NCBI GenBank assembly: GCA_038893835.1
Contig: JAWAQR010000001.1
Location: 63,382 to 127,381 of the forward strand
Direction: 5' to 3'
From: Archaeoglobaceae archaeon
Lineage (GTDB): Archaea; Halobacteriota; Archaeoglobi; Archaeoglobales; Archaeoglobaceae
Length of the DNA: 64,000 bases
Positions 9,269-20,662 of this stretch are shown in pieces (the stretch's first letter is position 1; every line of letters begins with the position of its first letter). The position numbers and the translations under genes were made by a program. The notes under the pieces were generated by a model. That model was not told the DNA's origin and did no database searches. It was given only the letters and a program-made list of their open reading frames with translations.

Positions 9269-10309
9269 TCAAACTATCCCAGTAACCTGCAAAATCTGCT
9301 CAAAATCATCTCTAGTTGGATTTAGAGCTTCTAGAATTGTAAACCTTTTTCTCCTTATCTTTTTCGCATAAAGTAAAGCTTCAATAGCTTGTTCTTTGCT
9401 TATCCCTATTTCCTGAACCCTCACCGGAGCACCAGCTTTCTTTAACGCGTTTTTTACAGCTATCCAATTTCCATCACCATAGTTTTTTTCATACATGTAT
9501 TCGAAGATTATGGTCCCAATCCCAACTTGCTCTCCATGCGTACCATTTCCATAGCCCAAATAATCGATTGCGTGACTGAACTTGTGCTCAGCTCCACTTG
9601 CTGGCCTAGAGCTTCCAACCATCGCGATTGCAACTCCACTCATTATCAATCCTCTCAGTAACAACTCTATCTCATTTTTTAAAACAAAATCTCCATTTGC
9701 TTTGTTCAGCATCAGATAGGCAGGGATTGTTGCAATTGAAGCCGCAACTTCGTTGTAACTCTCTCCATTGATGTCTCTCGAGAGTTTCCAGTCTTTAACA
9801 GCCGTTATGTTAGAAATCAGATCACCAAAGCCAGAATGTATTAATCTTGGAGGACAATTCTCTATTATCTCAACATCAGCTATCACTGCTATTGGTGATT
9901 TGGCCGTTATCGAAACAGGCTTTCCACCTTCTTTAAAGCTCGCCATCGGTGAAGCTATTCCATCATGGGAGGCAGTTGTTGGAACGCTTATGAATGGAAC
10001 ATTTAACTCAGTTGCAACAACTTTAGAAACATCCAGAACTTTTCCTCCACCAATACCAACAATCGCATCAACATCGCTATAGCTGAGCATCAAAACGATT
10101 CTCCTAACTTCCAAAATGCTTGCATCGTTTATCAAAATCTCTTTCAACCCTAGTTCCGAGATTTTACTTTTCAAAATTTCTGAAACAACTGGATCCGTGA
10201 TTATTATAGCATTCTGTGAGTTTATTTTATCCAGAACACTTTTTATCTTCGAGAACGCTCCTCTCTGAATGTAGACAAAAGATGGTATCTTAACCTCCAT
10301 CCTGCTCAC
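9269..10309 (-). CDS. egsA: sn-glycerol-1-phosphate dehydrogenase
   Basis: GGGKVLDVSK, PTTASHDGIASP, GSSRPASGAEHKFSHA, HGEQVG. Confidence 0.95.
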   Translation of the reverse strand: MSRMEVKIPSFVYIQRGAFSKIKSVLDKINSQNAIIITDPVVSEILKSKISELGLKEILINDASILEVRRIVLMLSYSDVDAIVGIGGGKVLDVSKVVATELNVPFISVPTTASHDGIASPMASFKEGGKPVSITAKSPIAVIADVEIIENCPPRLIHSGFGDLISNITAVKDWKLSRDINGESYNEVAASIATIPAYLMLNKANGDFVLKNEIELLLRGLIMSGVAIAMVGSSRPASGAEHKFSHAIDYLGYGNGTHGEQVGIGTIIFEYMYEKNYGDGNWIAVKNALKKAGAPVRVQEIGISKEQAIEALLYAKKIRRKRFTILEALNPTRDDFEQILQVTGIV

Positions 10310-10683
10310 CTTCTCAAGATTTCGATCAATTTTTCCACAGAATTAACATAGAAGCAGGAAAGATTTCCTTCATAGCCTATACAGAACTTTGGAACACTTT
10401 CAACGAAGATTGGTGATGCCGATGGATTCGGTATGTAGACCAGTATGTATCTCGATGCCATTTCATCATAAAATTCCTTATTTTTTCTGAAGAAATCTTT
10501 GAATTCTCTACATTTTGGACAATATGGAGCGCTTATGAAAATGAGCATTTCCTTTCCTGTTTTTTTCGACTCCTCAACCCCTTTTTCATAGCTTACCCAG
10601 CCAAAAAGCTCATTTTCACTTGTGAAAAAGATCATAATTGCTGCAAATGAGAAAACGAGAAGTAATATGTAAAGATAGCGCAT
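10306..10683 (-). CDS. Membrane-anchored thioredoxin-like protein
   Basis: N-terminal TM helix, then WVSYEKG..APYCPKC. Confidence 0.7.
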   Translation of the reverse strand: MRYLYILLLVFSFAAIMIFFTSENELFGWVSYEKGVEESKKTGKEMLIFISAPYCPKCREFKDFFRKNKEFYDEMASRYILVYIPNPSASPIFVESVPKFCIGYEGNLSCFYVNSVEKLIEILRR

Positions 10684-10760
10684 GAGGTCAATAGCTCTTT
10701 AGGATATTAAATTTTCTGTCGAATAGACAAAGTTTTTATCCTAGAGATTCCATTGTTACT

Positions 10761-11231
10761 GTGCGCGTATACATCCTCGACTCAGGAGCGATTTTTAGGA
10801 GAAAGATAGTATATGAGAACATGGTAACAGTTCCCGAAGTCGTTTCCGAAGTTCTCGATGAGGATTCCTCTCTTTATCTCAGCGTTAAGAACTTAAAAGT
10901 TGAGTGTGCAAGTGAGGAGAGTTTGAAAATTGTCAAAAGAATATCGAAGGAAACTGGAGATATATATAGATTGTCCGAGACGGATTTAAAAATACTGGCA
11001 AAAGCTTTGGATGAGAAGACTCAAGGTAATGAGCCCATTATAGTTACGGATGATTATTCAATTCAAAACGTTGCAATGGCACTTGGGATAGGAATAGAAG
11101 GTGTTGTTAGAGATAGAATATCGAAAGGTTTTAAGTGGGTAAAAGTGTGTAGAGGTTGTGGTAGGAGAGTGAATACAGATCTCTGTCCAACTTGTGGTAG
11201 TGAAACCGTGTTAAGGAGGGTGAAGAAATGA
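10761..11231 (+). CDS. nob1: Nob1 PIN-domain 16S rRNA-processing endonuclease
   Basis: ILDSGA, LSETD, TDDYSIQNVA, C-terminal CRGC..CPTCG ribbon. Confidence 0.9.
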   Translation: MRVYILDSGAIFRRKIVYENMVTVPEVVSEVLDEDSSLYLSVKNLKVECASEESLKIVKRISKETGDIYRLSETDLKILAKALDEKTQGNEPIIVTDDYSIQNVAMALGIGIEGVVRDRISKGFKWVKVCRGCGRRVNTDLCPTCGSETVLRRVKK

Positions 11232-11794
11232 AAATCGAAAGTTTGGTTGAAAAAGCTAGAAAGCTTAGGGAAAAGGGCCTAACAACTGAGGAGATAGCAG
11301 ATGAATTAAACGTTTCCTTCGAAACAGCAATGTGGCTTTTGACTAGAGCAACCGAGACGCCGCCTTCGGATATATATGTTGAGTGGAAGAATCTTTCAAA
11401 GCCTTCGAGACTGAGATTGATTGCAATGGCTCTCGCAGATATGATCTTAGAAAAGTGCAGCAACATCGATGTGATCGTTGGAATTGCCACAAGTGGAATA
11501 CCCTTGGCTTCAATGGTTGCCGAGGAACTTTCGGCTGATCTGGCGATTTATTACCCAAAGAAAATTCGTGGGCAAGAAATAAAGGGTGGTCTCCTAAGCG
11601 AGAACTTTGCTGGAGTTGATGGAAAGAATTGCGCTATAGTGGATGATGTAATATCCACGGGGAGGACGATATCGGAGGCAATTGAAGTCATTTCTATGAA
11701 CAACGGTAAAGTCCTCTGCGTTGCAGTCATCGCGAACAAGGGAGGAAAAGTGGACGTTCCCGTGCTGAGCCTTTTAAGAATAACCAGGATATGA
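11228..11794 (+). CDS. HTH + PRTase protein (PyrE-like / GfcR family regulator)
   Basis: EIADELNVSFETAMWL HTH; VDDVISTGRT PRPP motif. Confidence 0.85.
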   Translation: MKIESLVEKARKLREKGLTTEEIADELNVSFETAMWLLTRATETPPSDIYVEWKNLSKPSRLRLIAMALADMILEKCSNIDVIVGIATSGIPLASMVAEELSADLAIYYPKKIRGQEIKGGLLSENFAGVDGKNCAIVDDVISTGRTISEAIEVISMNNGKVLCVAVIANKGGKVDVPVLSLLRITRI

Positions 11795-12684
11795 ATGTGA
11801 CAGTCGTAATTCCAACGCTGAACGAGGAAAAAGGGATAGGAGGTGTTGTTGAAAGCTTTAAAAAGATGGGGTTTGAAGTTCTTGTAATCGATGGGAGGAG
11901 TAAGGATAGAACTAGAGAAATAGCTGCTGAAAAGGGGGCAAAAGTCCTATTGCAGACTGGAAAAGGGAAAGGAAATGCAATTGCAGAAGCTTTTAAGATC
12001 GTTGACAGTGAAATTTTAGTTCTAGTGGATGGAGATGGTAGTTATCCAGCAGAGGAAGTTTGGAAGCTGATCGAACCTATTGAAAAAGGTTTTGCCGATC
12101 ACGTGGTTGGAAACAGATTTGCAAAGTATGAAAGAGGGGCTTTCAGCAGATTAAACCTTTTAGGAAATAAACTTCTGAACGCATTTTTCAGATTCGCCTA
12201 CGGAGTAAACCTGAACGACATCCTTTCTGGATATAGAGCTTTGAAAAAGGATGTTTATAAGAGCATTGAAATAAGAAAGACGGGATTTGAAGTTGAAGCT
12301 GAAATGACAGTAGAAACTCTTGCAAAGGGTTTCAGAATTCTGGAAGTACCAATAAATTACAAAAAGAGGGAGGGAAAGACAAAACTTCGTCCTTTAAGGG
12401 ATGGAATAAGGATTGGAAAAGCGATTTACGAACTCATTGGAAGATACAGCCCAGCAAGATATCTTTATATCTTTGGTTTAATTTTTTTAGCTCTTGGAAT
12501 CCTGACAGGTATCTATGTCGTCTATGCATGGTTTAATGCAGTCTCGCATTATATGCTAGCCCTTCTTACAGTCCTTTTCATAATCACCGGCGTTCAGTTT
12601 GTGATCTTTGGTCTGATAGCTGATTTGATTTTCAGAACGACAGTTGAGTTCAAAAGAGAAATAAAACAGCTGATGAGAAAGTAG
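11791..12684 (+). CDS. GT2 dolichol-phosphate glycosyltransferase (AglJ-like)
   Basis: VIPTLNEE, DGRSKD, GKGNA, DGDGSY, two C-terminal TM helices. Confidence 0.85.
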   Translation: MNVTVVIPTLNEEKGIGGVVESFKKMGFEVLVIDGRSKDRTREIAAEKGAKVLLQTGKGKGNAIAEAFKIVDSEILVLVDGDGSYPAEEVWKLIEPIEKGFADHVVGNRFAKYERGAFSRLNLLGNKLLNAFFRFAYGVNLNDILSGYRALKKDVYKSIEIRKTGFEVEAEMTVETLAKGFRILEVPINYKKREGKTKLRPLRDGIRIGKAIYELIGRYSPARYLYIFGLIFLALGILTGIYVVYAWFNAVSHYMLALLTVLFIITGVQFVIFGLIADLIFRTTVEFKREIKQLMRK

Positions 12685-12687
12685 CAT

Positions 12688-13440
12688 ATGATTATAACGC
12701 TGCTTACAGATTTTGGAGATTTTTATCCTGGCGTTATGAAAGGAATCATTCATAGCATAGCTCCCGGGGCTACAATAGTAGATATAACTCACTCCGTAGA
12801 ACCGCAAAATGTTTTTCAGGGTGCTTTTTTGCTCTATCATTCATATAAGTATTTCAGAAATGCCATACACATTGCAGTAGTCGATCCAGGAGTTGGAGGG
12901 AAAAGGAGGGCTATAGTAGTTCAGACCAAGAACCACTTCTTTGTAGCCCCAGATAATGGGCTCGTATATCCTTCAGCAGCTGAAGATGGAATTTTGAAAA
13001 TTTTCGAAATAGACTACAGAATTTCTGAACTTGTCGGTGAACTTTCTAACACTTTTCACGGCAGAGATATCTTCGCTCCCTGTGCTGCCTTAATTCTGAG
13101 GGGTGACTTTAGCTATTTAAAAGAGACAAAAAATTTGGAAAAACTAGAAATATTTGACTTCAAAAAGGTTGGAAATAAGATAATTGGTAAAATCGCTTTT
13201 GTCGATAGATTTGGAAACATAATAACGAACATACCTGCAAGTGCAGTTAGAGGGGTAAAATTTTTTAAAGTTTCAGACGTAGTATTCCCGATGGTAAGAA
13301 CTTATGAAGATGTAGCTCTATACGAACCCCTAGCTCTGATAGGCAGTTTTGGCACCCTAGAATTCAGCGTAAGAGAAGGAAACGCCTCCGATCTTTTAAA
13401 AATGCGTAGAGGAATTATTGAAGTGGAGGTGTTTGAATGA
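12688..13440 (+). CDS. SAM hydroxide adenosyltransferase (DUF62)
   Basis: ITLLTDFG, VVDPGVG, APDNG, TFHGRDIFAP, DRFGNIITN. Confidence 0.92.
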   Translation: MIITLLTDFGDFYPGVMKGIIHSIAPGATIVDITHSVEPQNVFQGAFLLYHSYKYFRNAIHIAVVDPGVGGKRRAIVVQTKNHFFVAPDNGLVYPSAAEDGILKIFEIDYRISELVGELSNTFHGRDIFAPCAALILRGDFSYLKETKNLEKLEIFDFKKVGNKIIGKIAFVDRFGNIITNIPASAVRGVKFFKVSDVVFPMVRTYEDVALYEPLALIGSFGTLEFSVREGNASDLLKMRRGIIEVEVFE

Positions 13441-13838
13441 ATGAAAAAATACTGGCAAAGATGATAGAAGCGGTAAACAGACATATGCCAGCAGTGACAA
13501 AAAGCCTTGAAGAAATGCTCAAAGAAAAAGATCCGAAGATATTGGCAAAAGATGGGAATGAATACTACATCGAACCAAAAGAGCTTGAGTTTATCGCAAG
13601 TTTTGTTGAAGAAGAGGATAGAAAAAAGTTCAGAATCCCAATTATTCTGGAGATGTGCGACATAGGAGGTGAAAGAGTTATTTTTGTCAGAGATAAGCTG
13701 CACATAGAGTTCATAAGGAAGGCATTTGGATTCGATCGAATCGTGAACAACAATCTAATGCTTTACTTTTACGAACTCCCAGCAATAAGGAGAAGATTAA
13801 GAACAGCTTCTCAAGTTATGTTCAGGGTGGAGTTATGA
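13437..13838 (+). CDS. UPF0216 (DUF61) protein
   Basis: NRHMPAVTKSLEEML..KDG..ELEFI..RIPIILE, RRRLRTASQ; operonic overlap. Confidence 0.7.
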   Translation: MNEKILAKMIEAVNRHMPAVTKSLEEMLKEKDPKILAKDGNEYYIEPKELEFIASFVEEEDRKKFRIPIILEMCDIGGERVIFVRDKLHIEFIRKAFGFDRIVNNNLMLYFYELPAIRRRLRTASQVMFRVEL

Positions 13839-15148
13839 GCTTGTTCGGAACTAACGGTGTTAGAGGAATTGCAAATGAAGAACTTACAGCAGAGATGGCA
13901 CTGGATCTTGGAAGAGTTATAGCTACATTAAAGCCAGGAAAAATTGCGGTTGCATGCGATACTAGGATATCGAGTTTCATGCTCAAGAGTGCAGTTTTGG
14001 CTGGTATAATGTCAGCTGGAAGCGATGCAATCGATCTTGGCATCGCTCCTACTCCAGCGTTGCAGTATTATGCAAAGATAAATAGAATTCCCGGAGTCGT
14101 TGTGACTGCGAGTCATAATCCAAGAGAATACAATGGAATAAAGTTCATTCAAGAGAACGGAGCTGAATTCTTTAGAGAAATGGATGAGGAGAGTGAAAGA
14201 ATTTATATCAGCAAAAAGTTCAGAATCGTGAAATGGAATGAAATCGGTTCCCTAATCATCGACAGCTGTGTTGATCTATACGTTAATGCAATCGTCAACA
14301 GCGTCAGCTTGGATAAGAAATACAGAGTTGTCGTCGACTGTGGAAATGGTGCAACTTTTTTAACAAGTCCAGAAATTCTAAGAAGGCTGAAATGTGATGT
14401 CCACAGCATAAATTGTCATCCAGATGGTAGATTTACTGCAAGAAATCCAGAACCAGTTGAGAAAGAGCTAGATTTACTCAAGAAATCTGTTGTTAACTTC
14501 AAAGCAGACTTCGGAGTTGCACATGATGGTGATGGAGATAGGGCAGTGTTCGTTGATGAAAGGGGAGAGTTTGTTCCCGAAGATGTAATGCTAGCTTTGA
14601 TTGCAAAATACTACGTTGAGAAAAATGGAGGAGGAATAGTTGTTACACCAGTATCCTCTTCACGCTGTGTAGAGGATGCTGTGATTGAAGCTGGTGGAAA
14701 AGTTGTCTACACAGCCGTTGGCTCGCCAGTAGTTGCGAAGGTTATGATGGAAACTGGAGCGATCTTTGGTGGGGAAGGAAATGGAGGTTTTATATTTCCA
14801 GAACATTTACTTGCAAGAGATGGTGGGATGAGCATTGCGAAGGTTTTACAGTTGATGGATGAGACAGGAAAAAAGCTCAGCGAACTCACTGCAGAAATAC
14901 CTAGGTACTACATGATAAAGGGAAAAATTGAATGTAGAAAAAAGGAAAAAGTTCTTTCAGAGCTAAGAAGAATTTATCCAGAAGCAAACCACATCGATGG
15001 GGTTAGAGTTGACTTCGAAGATGGCTGGATCCTTATACGCCCTTCAGGAACAGAGCCAATAGTTAGGATTTATGCGGAGGGAAAAACAAGAGAAAGAGCT
15101 GAAGAACTTTACAACGAAGGTTTAAGGGTTTTAGGGAAAATTCTTTAG
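13835..15148 (+). CDS. glmM: Alpha-phosphohexomutase (phosphoglucosamine mutase / PMM-PGM)
   Basis: FGTNGVRG, TASHNP, DGDGDR, GEGNGG, IRPSGTEP. Confidence 0.85.
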   Translation: MSLFGTNGVRGIANEELTAEMALDLGRVIATLKPGKIAVACDTRISSFMLKSAVLAGIMSAGSDAIDLGIAPTPALQYYAKINRIPGVVVTASHNPREYNGIKFIQENGAEFFREMDEESERIYISKKFRIVKWNEIGSLIIDSCVDLYVNAIVNSVSLDKKYRVVVDCGNGATFLTSPEILRRLKCDVHSINCHPDGRFTARNPEPVEKELDLLKKSVVNFKADFGVAHDGDGDRAVFVDERGEFVPEDVMLALIAKYYVEKNGGGIVVTPVSSSRCVEDAVIEAGGKVVYTAVGSPVVAKVMMETGAIFGGEGNGGFIFPEHLLARDGGMSIAKVLQLMDETGKKLSELTAEIPRYYMIKGKIECRKKEKVLSELRRIYPEANHIDGVRVDFEDGWILIRPSGTEPIVRIYAEGKTRERAEELYNEGLRVLGKIL

Positions 15149-15161
15149 TGGAGGCTTCCGG

Positions 15162-16355
15162 TTAGACAAACATAACCCCTTTTAAATCTGGAATTGGCGA
15201 AGCCCTTCTTAAGACTTTTTCCACCGCTCTTGTGAAATCAAGCATCGTTACTTTTACCCTCTCTTCCCTTATCGCAAACATTCCCGCTTCAGTGCATATC
15301 GCCTTTATATCAGCCCCACTGGCACCTTCAGTAATTCTTGCTAGTTCTTTAAAGTCAACGTCATCGGCAAGTTTCATTCTCTTCGAATGAATCTTAAATA
15401 TCTGTATTCTTCCCTCAAAATTCGGTAAAGGTACTTCAATTATTCTATCAAACCTCCCTGGACGGAGAATTGCTGGATCCAAAATGTCTATGCGGTTCGT
15501 TGCACCTATGACTTTTACATCACCTCTTGGATCGAAGCCATCTAGTTCTGAAAGTAATTGCATCATCGTTCTCTGCACTTCTCTATCTCCACTTGTGTCG
15601 CTGCTAATTCTTCTAGCGGCAATTGCATCGAGTTCATCGATAAATATTATACTCGGTGCCTTCTCTCTGGCAAGCTGAAAAACTTCCCTTACAAGCCTAG
15701 CTCCTTCGCCTATGAACTTCTGAACAAACTCACTTCCAACAACTCTTATAAAGGTCGCCTTTGTCTGATTAGCTACAGCTTTTGCCAGCAAAGTCTTCCC
15801 CGTCCCAGGAGGGCCATAAAGAAGAACTCCTTTCGGCGGCTCTATGCCCACTTCTTTGAAAAGATCTGGCTTCAATAATGGTAGCTCAATCGCTTCCCTT
15901 ATCTCCTCTATCTGCTGACTCAGCCCGCCAATGTCCTCGTAAGTAACGTTTGGTCTTTCTTCAACTTCAAAACCATATACCATTGGATCCTTTGACGATG
16001 GCAATATGTTGACGACTGCCAAAGTTTGCTGGTTTAGAGCGACTCTGGTTCCAGGTTTTAAATCTTCAGGATTTATGTATTGTGAAGCATAGACTACGAA
16101 TTTTGGTCCAGTAGAACTTCTAACAATAACCCTTCCATCTTCCAGAACATCCGAAATCGTGCCGACGAGGAGAGGGGGTGATCTTAATCTTTCTATTTCG
16201 CTCTTCAATCTTCTAACTTCTCTTTCATACCTGAGCCTTTCGCTTTCTATAAATCTTTTCTCATCTTCAAGTCTTCTATAAAGTTCTCTAAGCTTGTAAT
16301 ATTCCTCTTCAAGTTTTTTCAACTTTTCTAGTAGGTAATTCAGATCTTCCGACAT
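15162..16355 (-). CDS. pan: Proteasome-activating nucleotidase (start re-placed at MSEDL)
   Basis: Coiled coil + OB domain, [35 protein letters not shown]; GAGGAG SD before ATG 16355. Confidence 0.96.
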   Translation of the reverse strand: MSEDLNYLLEKLKKLEEEYYKLRELYRRLEDEKRFIESERLRYEREVRRLKSEIERLRSPPLLVGTISDVLEDGRVIVRSSTGPKFVVYASQYINPEDLKPGTRVALNQQTLAVVNILPSSKDPMVYGFEVEERPNVTYEDIGGLSQQIEEIREAIELPLLKPDLFKEVGIEPPKGVLLYGPPGTGKTLLAKAVANQTKATFIRVVGSEFVQKFIGEGARLVREVFQLAREKAPSIIFIDELDAIAARRISSDTSGDREVQRTMMQLLSELDGFDPRGDVKVIGATNRIDILDPAILRPGRFDRIIEVPLPNFEGRIQIFKIHSKRMKLADDVDFKELARITEGASGADIKAICTEAGMFAIREERVKVTMLDFTRAVEKVLRRASPIPDLKGVMFV

Positions 16356-16425
16356 TGGCTCCTCCCCGGAAGCCTCCAAATAAATATATATCCTTTTACT
16401 ATATGAACTTATTGCTGGTGGGAAA

Positions 16426-16887
16426 ATGAACTGTGAAATATGTGGGAAAGAAATAAGACCGCCTGGATATAGGATAATTGTCGAAGGGACAGAACTCAGA
16501 GTTTGCGCATCCTGCAGAAAATATGGGACTGAAAGTGTTCCAACCGTAAAGCCTGATTTTAGGAAAATCGTTTTGAGGAAAAGAAAACCGCAAAAAAAGG
16601 TTGAGTTAGAAGAAGAACTTGTAGAAAACTTCAACGTCATAATAAGAGTTGAAAGAGAAAAAAGGGGATGGAGTCAGGAGCAGTTGGCTAAGAAGATTCA
16701 GGAAAAGGAGTCTGTTATAAAGAAGATAGAAAATGCTGAAATAACTCCTGAGCCAAAAATAATCGAAAAACTTGAAAAGCTTTTCGGTATAAAGCTCAGA
16801 GAAAGTCCGGAAAGTATTAGAGTAACGAAGCCCTCTCAGTTTGTCCCAACCTTTGGCGATATCGTGGTTGTTAGGAGGAAGGAATGA
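16426..16887 (+). CDS. mbf1: Archaeal multiprotein bridging factor aMBF1
   Basis: CEICG..VCASC Zn ribbon + [19 protein letters not shown] tail; adjacent to pan. Confidence 0.92.
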   Translation: MNCEICGKEIRPPGYRIIVEGTELRVCASCRKYGTESVPTVKPDFRKIVLRKRKPQKKVELEEELVENFNVIIRVEREKRGWSQEQLAKKIQEKESVIKKIENAEITPEPKIIEKLEKLFGIKLRESPESIRVTKPSQFVPTFGDIVVVRRKE

Positions 16888-17198
16888 ATATGTACACGTT
16901 CATTTACATAACCACCAGTTCGAAAGAAGAGGCTGAAAAAATCGCCAGAGCTGTGTTGGAAAAGAAACTGGCAGCATGTGTTAACATTTTCCCAATAAAA
17001 TCTTTCTTCTGGTGGAATGAAAAGATAGAGGTTGCTGAAGAATATGCTATGATCGTTAAGACGAAGACAGAGAAGTTTTCGGAGCTTAGAGATTTCGTAA
17101 AAAGCATCCATAGCTATTCAGTTCCATGCATTTGCTCAATTCCAGTGGAAAGAGGACTGAGAGATTTTTTGGACTGGATAGATAGAACGGTGGAATGA
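16884..17198 (+). CDS. cutA: CutA divalent-cation tolerance protein
   Basis: LAACVNI, FWWNEKIE, HSYSVPCI. Confidence 0.93.
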   Translation: MNMYTFIYITTSSKEEAEKIARAVLEKKLAACVNIFPIKSFFWWNEKIEVAEEYAMIVKTKTEKFSELRDFVKSIHSYSVPCICSIPVERGLRDFLDWIDRTVE

Positions 17199-17872
17199 AG
17201 GAAATAGAAGTTCGTTATGACGGAGAGAAGTGGAAAATCCTGAATTTAAAGAGAGAGAAAGCAAAGAATTTGATGAGAAAACTTGCTGAGAATAACATAA
17301 ACAGTATTCTTTATGGAAGTGTTGCCCGTGGAGATGTGAATGCCAAGAGTGACATCGACATCTTCATTCCACAGTTAATACCTTCATTTAGAATAGAGCT
17401 AGCACTTGAAGATTTTAATATATTGGAAAAGAGAATCGTACAGGCAACGCCAAACTATGCTATAAAGGGCGAGCTTGTGATAGATGAAGAGACAACTGTC
17501 AGCTTTCCCCTTGTTAAGATGAGAGAAAGGGAACTGGATTTTTACAGATTCGGTGGATGCATAAGTTATGAGGAACTTCTGAAGAACAAAAGAGTTCCCG
17601 GAGTTGATAAAAGACTCATGCTGATAATTCCCATTGAAAACGGGCATAAAGAAATATCTATTCACGATCTCCATCCAAGCATGGTTGCAAAAATTCTCAA
17701 CGTTTCGCTTGAGATAGTCATTGAAAGAATGAGGGTGCTTGGAAGGAGGAGAGAAGTAGGAAGAACTGGGATTTATCTACGAGAAAGTATACCACTAAAC
17801 GAGAGCTTCGAGTCCGCTCTTATGGAAATTGCTCTAAAGGATCCCGCGGTTAGGAGAAGGATAAATGATTGA
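17195..17872 (+). CDS. Pol beta-superfamily nucleotidyltransferase (COG2413-like)
   Basis: YGSVARGD..SDIDI, FYRFGG, RVPGVDKRL. Confidence 0.85.
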   Translation: MKEIEVRYDGEKWKILNLKREKAKNLMRKLAENNINSILYGSVARGDVNAKSDIDIFIPQLIPSFRIELALEDFNILEKRIVQATPNYAIKGELVIDEETTVSFPLVKMRERELDFYRFGGCISYEELLKNKRVPGVDKRLMLIIPIENGHKEISIHDLHPSMVAKILNVSLEIVIERMRVLGRRREVGRTGIYLRESIPLNESFESALMEIALKDPAVRRRIND

Positions 17873-19009
17873 CTAAACGTTTTCTCTAATCCCAAAGTAT
17901 TCTTTGGCACATTCTTTCACTTCTTCAACGAACTCCTTTTTTGTATAAACTCCAAGTTTCCAGTTCTCCATCCAAAAAGCTCTTAGAGCTTTAACCAGTG
18001 GCGAAACTTCCTCTATTTTCCTTATCTTGCCATTAACCTCAACTCTTACCGAGAATTCCTTCGCCTCTTCCAGTTTCGGAATGTCCACTATTACATATCT
18101 TTCATCAATTCCAGCCATTTCAGCGATGCTTTTTTCAGCTTCTCTCTCTTTTACCTTCTTTATCTCATTCAAATCTATACAGTCTTTACCGATGTAAATA
18201 GCTCTTTTGAAAAGCCTCCGATTTCTTATCATGGAATAGAATTCAGGTTCATGAACTTTTAGAAGCATCATGGCATCACAATCATCGAGGGAAAATAGAT
18301 CTTCAGCCTTCAATTCCTTATCCACGATTCTCTCCATTGCCTTTTCAAACATTTTTGCCGCTATTCTGCAGACGTGATGATAATAGACTGCAGGATACAT
18401 TAAGAAGCGTGAAATCAGCATGGACTCAACAGCCCTTATGCCCCCTTCCTCAATAATAACACCATCTTCAAACTTTATCTTGTCAATCAGCCTCGGAACG
18501 TCAAATATTCCATAAGCCACACCAGTGTAATGCGCATCCCTTACCAAGTAATCCATCCTGTCCACATCCACATCCCCGCATACTATTGACTTTACTTCTC
18601 CACTTATCATTTTCTTAATTTCTCCAACGCTGTATCCCAGTCTGTTCAGTTCTTCTTTCAGCTCCCCCTTTATCGCGATTTCAACATTTTCGTGACTTAG
18701 CATATAATTTTTTAGCAAACTATCACAGCTGTGCGAAAATGGAGGATGGGCTATATCATGAAGCAAAGCTGCTATTACAACTTCTTCTCCCAACTTGAGT
18801 CTTTCATCAAGAATTCTTGCCAAATGCATAGTTCCAAGACTGTGTTCAAATCTCGTATGATTTGCCCCAGGGTAAACCAGATATGCAAAGCCCAATTGCT
18901 TTATACCCCTCAAACGCTGAAACTGTGGAGTATCGATCAATTTCAATATATCCTCATCAAGTCTAATCAAACCATGTATTGGGTCTTGAATCGCTTTGTA
19001 CACAAACAA
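17873..19009 (-). CDS. HD-domain phosphohydrolase (COG1078, dNTPase-like)
   Basis: DPIHG, FQRLRGIKQLG, HTRFEHSLG, LLHDIAH, DVDRMDYL. Confidence 0.9.
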   Translation of the reverse strand: MFVYKAIQDPIHGLIRLDEDILKLIDTPQFQRLRGIKQLGFAYLVYPGANHTRFEHSLGTMHLARILDERLKLGEEVVIAALLHDIAHPPFSHSCDSLLKNYMLSHENVEIAIKGELKEELNRLGYSVGEIKKMISGEVKSIVCGDVDVDRMDYLVRDAHYTGVAYGIFDVPRLIDKIKFEDGVIIEEGGIRAVESMLISRFLMYPAVYYHHVCRIAAKMFEKAMERIVDKELKAEDLFSLDDCDAMMLLKVHEPEFYSMIRNRRLFKRAIYIGKDCIDLNEIKKVKEREAEKSIAEMAGIDERYVIVDIPKLEEAKEFSVRVEVNGKIRKIEEVSPLVKALRAFWMENWKLGVYTKKEFVEEVKECAKEYFGIRENV

Positions 19010-19049
19010 AATGAAGAGAAGACTATAAAAATGCTTTCCACATTAGTCT

Positions 19050-20282
19050 GTGGACATTGGAATAAGGGGATTTTTGACAAAAACTCCTCCAATGGGAGGA
19101 GAGATAAAGAGGAGAGCTGAGGATTTCTACGTTGAAGAGTTAATGGACATAGAGCTTGGAGAAGGGGATTACTGTATAGTTAAAGTCAGGAAAAAAAATT
19201 GGGACACTTTAAGGTTCGTAAAACAGCTATCAAAAGTTCTTGGGATAAGCCAAAAAAGGATATCCTTCGCTGGAACAAAGGATAAAAAAGCCATAACAGT
19301 CCAATATTTTTCGATAAAAGGTGTAAAGGCTGAAGAAATTTCTAGGATTTCCATAAAGGATGCTGAAATAGAGTTTGTTGGTTATTCAAGAAAAGAAATC
19401 GCACTTGGCGATCTTATAGGGAATTCGTTCAGGATAAAGGTTCACGGTTGCAGAAATGGGGAGATCTTTTTGAAAACAAAAGAAGAATTAGAAAAAAAAG
19501 GTATACCAAACTTCTTTGGTGAGCAGAGATTTGGAATTCGAATGATAACACACGAGGTTGGAAAGCTAATTCTTCAGGGAAAATATGAAGATGCTTTTTG
19601 GACCTATGTTGCTAAACCGAGTGAGTTTGAAAAGGAAGAGGTTGCTGAGGTTAGAAAAATTTTATGGGATTGCAGGGACCCTGTTTTTGGGCTTAAAGAG
19701 TTGCCAAAGCATTTAACCTATGAAAGAACTTTGCTCCAGAAGTTAAGGGAAGGAATGGATGAAAAAAGGGCATTGCTATCGTTGCCCAAGAACTTAAAGC
19801 TGATGTTCGTTCACGCTTATCAGTCTTATATTTTCAACAGACTTTTATCGAAGAGAATAGAGGACTTTGGAAATCTAAAGGAGATAACAGATGAAGATTG
19901 GGCATGCTATCTTACTTTTAAAACAAAAAAACCAACCTTTAAAGACTTTAGCAAGATCGGAGCAAACAAATCAAGGGTTAAATTTTTAATTGAAAAAAAC
20001 TACGCAACACTTGCATTGCCACTGGTTGGCTATGATACAAAGCTTGAAGGTTGGAACAGAGTTGCAGAGGAATTTCTTGCAGAAGATGACCTGACAATTT
20101 CCAGCTTTAAAACAGAGTTCAAGGAGTTCTCATCTAGCGGATCTTTCAGAAGCGCCGATATACCTTTAAATATAACCGAGCTTGAGTTCGACGGGGAAAA
20201 CTTTCAATTTTATCTACCGGCAGGCTGTTATGGGACGATTTTCCTTAGAGAATTTATAAAGAAAGAGTTTATATCTGATTAA
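19050..20282 (+). CDS. truD: tRNA pseudouridine(13) synthase
   Basis: [47 protein letters not shown]. Confidence 0.96.
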   Translation: MDIGIRGFLTKTPPMGGEIKRRAEDFYVEELMDIELGEGDYCIVKVRKKNWDTLRFVKQLSKVLGISQKRISFAGTKDKKAITVQYFSIKGVKAEEISRISIKDAEIEFVGYSRKEIALGDLIGNSFRIKVHGCRNGEIFLKTKEELEKKGIPNFFGEQRFGIRMITHEVGKLILQGKYEDAFWTYVAKPSEFEKEEVAEVRKILWDCRDPVFGLKELPKHLTYERTLLQKLREGMDEKRALLSLPKNLKLMFVHAYQSYIFNRLLSKRIEDFGNLKEITDEDWACYLTFKTKKPTFKDFSKIGANKSRVKFLIEKNYATLALPLVGYDTKLEGWNRVAEEFLAEDDLTISSFKTEFKEFSSSGSFRSADIPLNITELEFDGENFQFYLPAGCYGTIFLREFIKKEFISD

Positions 20283-20662
20283 AATATGCGGAACGCCGAA
20301 TTTATTATTGCAAGCGTTACCAAATAATCTTCACCTATTGGCTCGCAGATTATAACTCTTTTTCCCTCAAATATCCCCTCCTTTTTCCCCTTACCTTTCG
20401 GAAATCCCAGCATTTCTGGTAGTTCTTCAGTAACATGTAATCCATAGGATATGAAGAGTGGAACTACGAAAATCGTATCGCTTTTCATACTTCTTATAGC
20501 CTCATCCGGCGAAGGTTTTCTTTTCCTGGCAGCAAATGCTATCCTTACTTCATCAAATATCCCAGCCTTTTCTATCCTTTCTTTATGCTTTTCCATCACT
20601 TCTCTATAATGCTCGAGTTGACTTCCATGCCCAACTATCACCAGACCACGCAATTCAATCAC
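20279..20662 (-). CDS. cbiX: Short sirohydrochlorin chelatase CbiX(S)
   Basis: [25 protein letters not shown]; lies within cbi operon. Confidence 0.9.
   Translation of the reverse strand: MIELRGLVIVGHGSQLEHYREVMEKHKERIEKAGIFDEVRIAFAARKRKPSPDEAIRSMKSDTIFVVPLFISYGLHVTEELPEMLGFPKGKGKKEGIFEGKRVIICEPIGEDYLVTLAIINSAFRIF

Noticed and set aside
16356-16640. 95-aa N-terminal extension of PAN
   Set aside because: Overlaps aMBF1 antisense; ATG 16355 has an SD and gives the normal length of about 397 aa
20279-20662. CfbA nickel chelatase implying coenzyme F430 synthesis
   Set aside because: Last gene of a cbi operon with no cfb or mcr genes nearby; CbiX(S) is the simpler call
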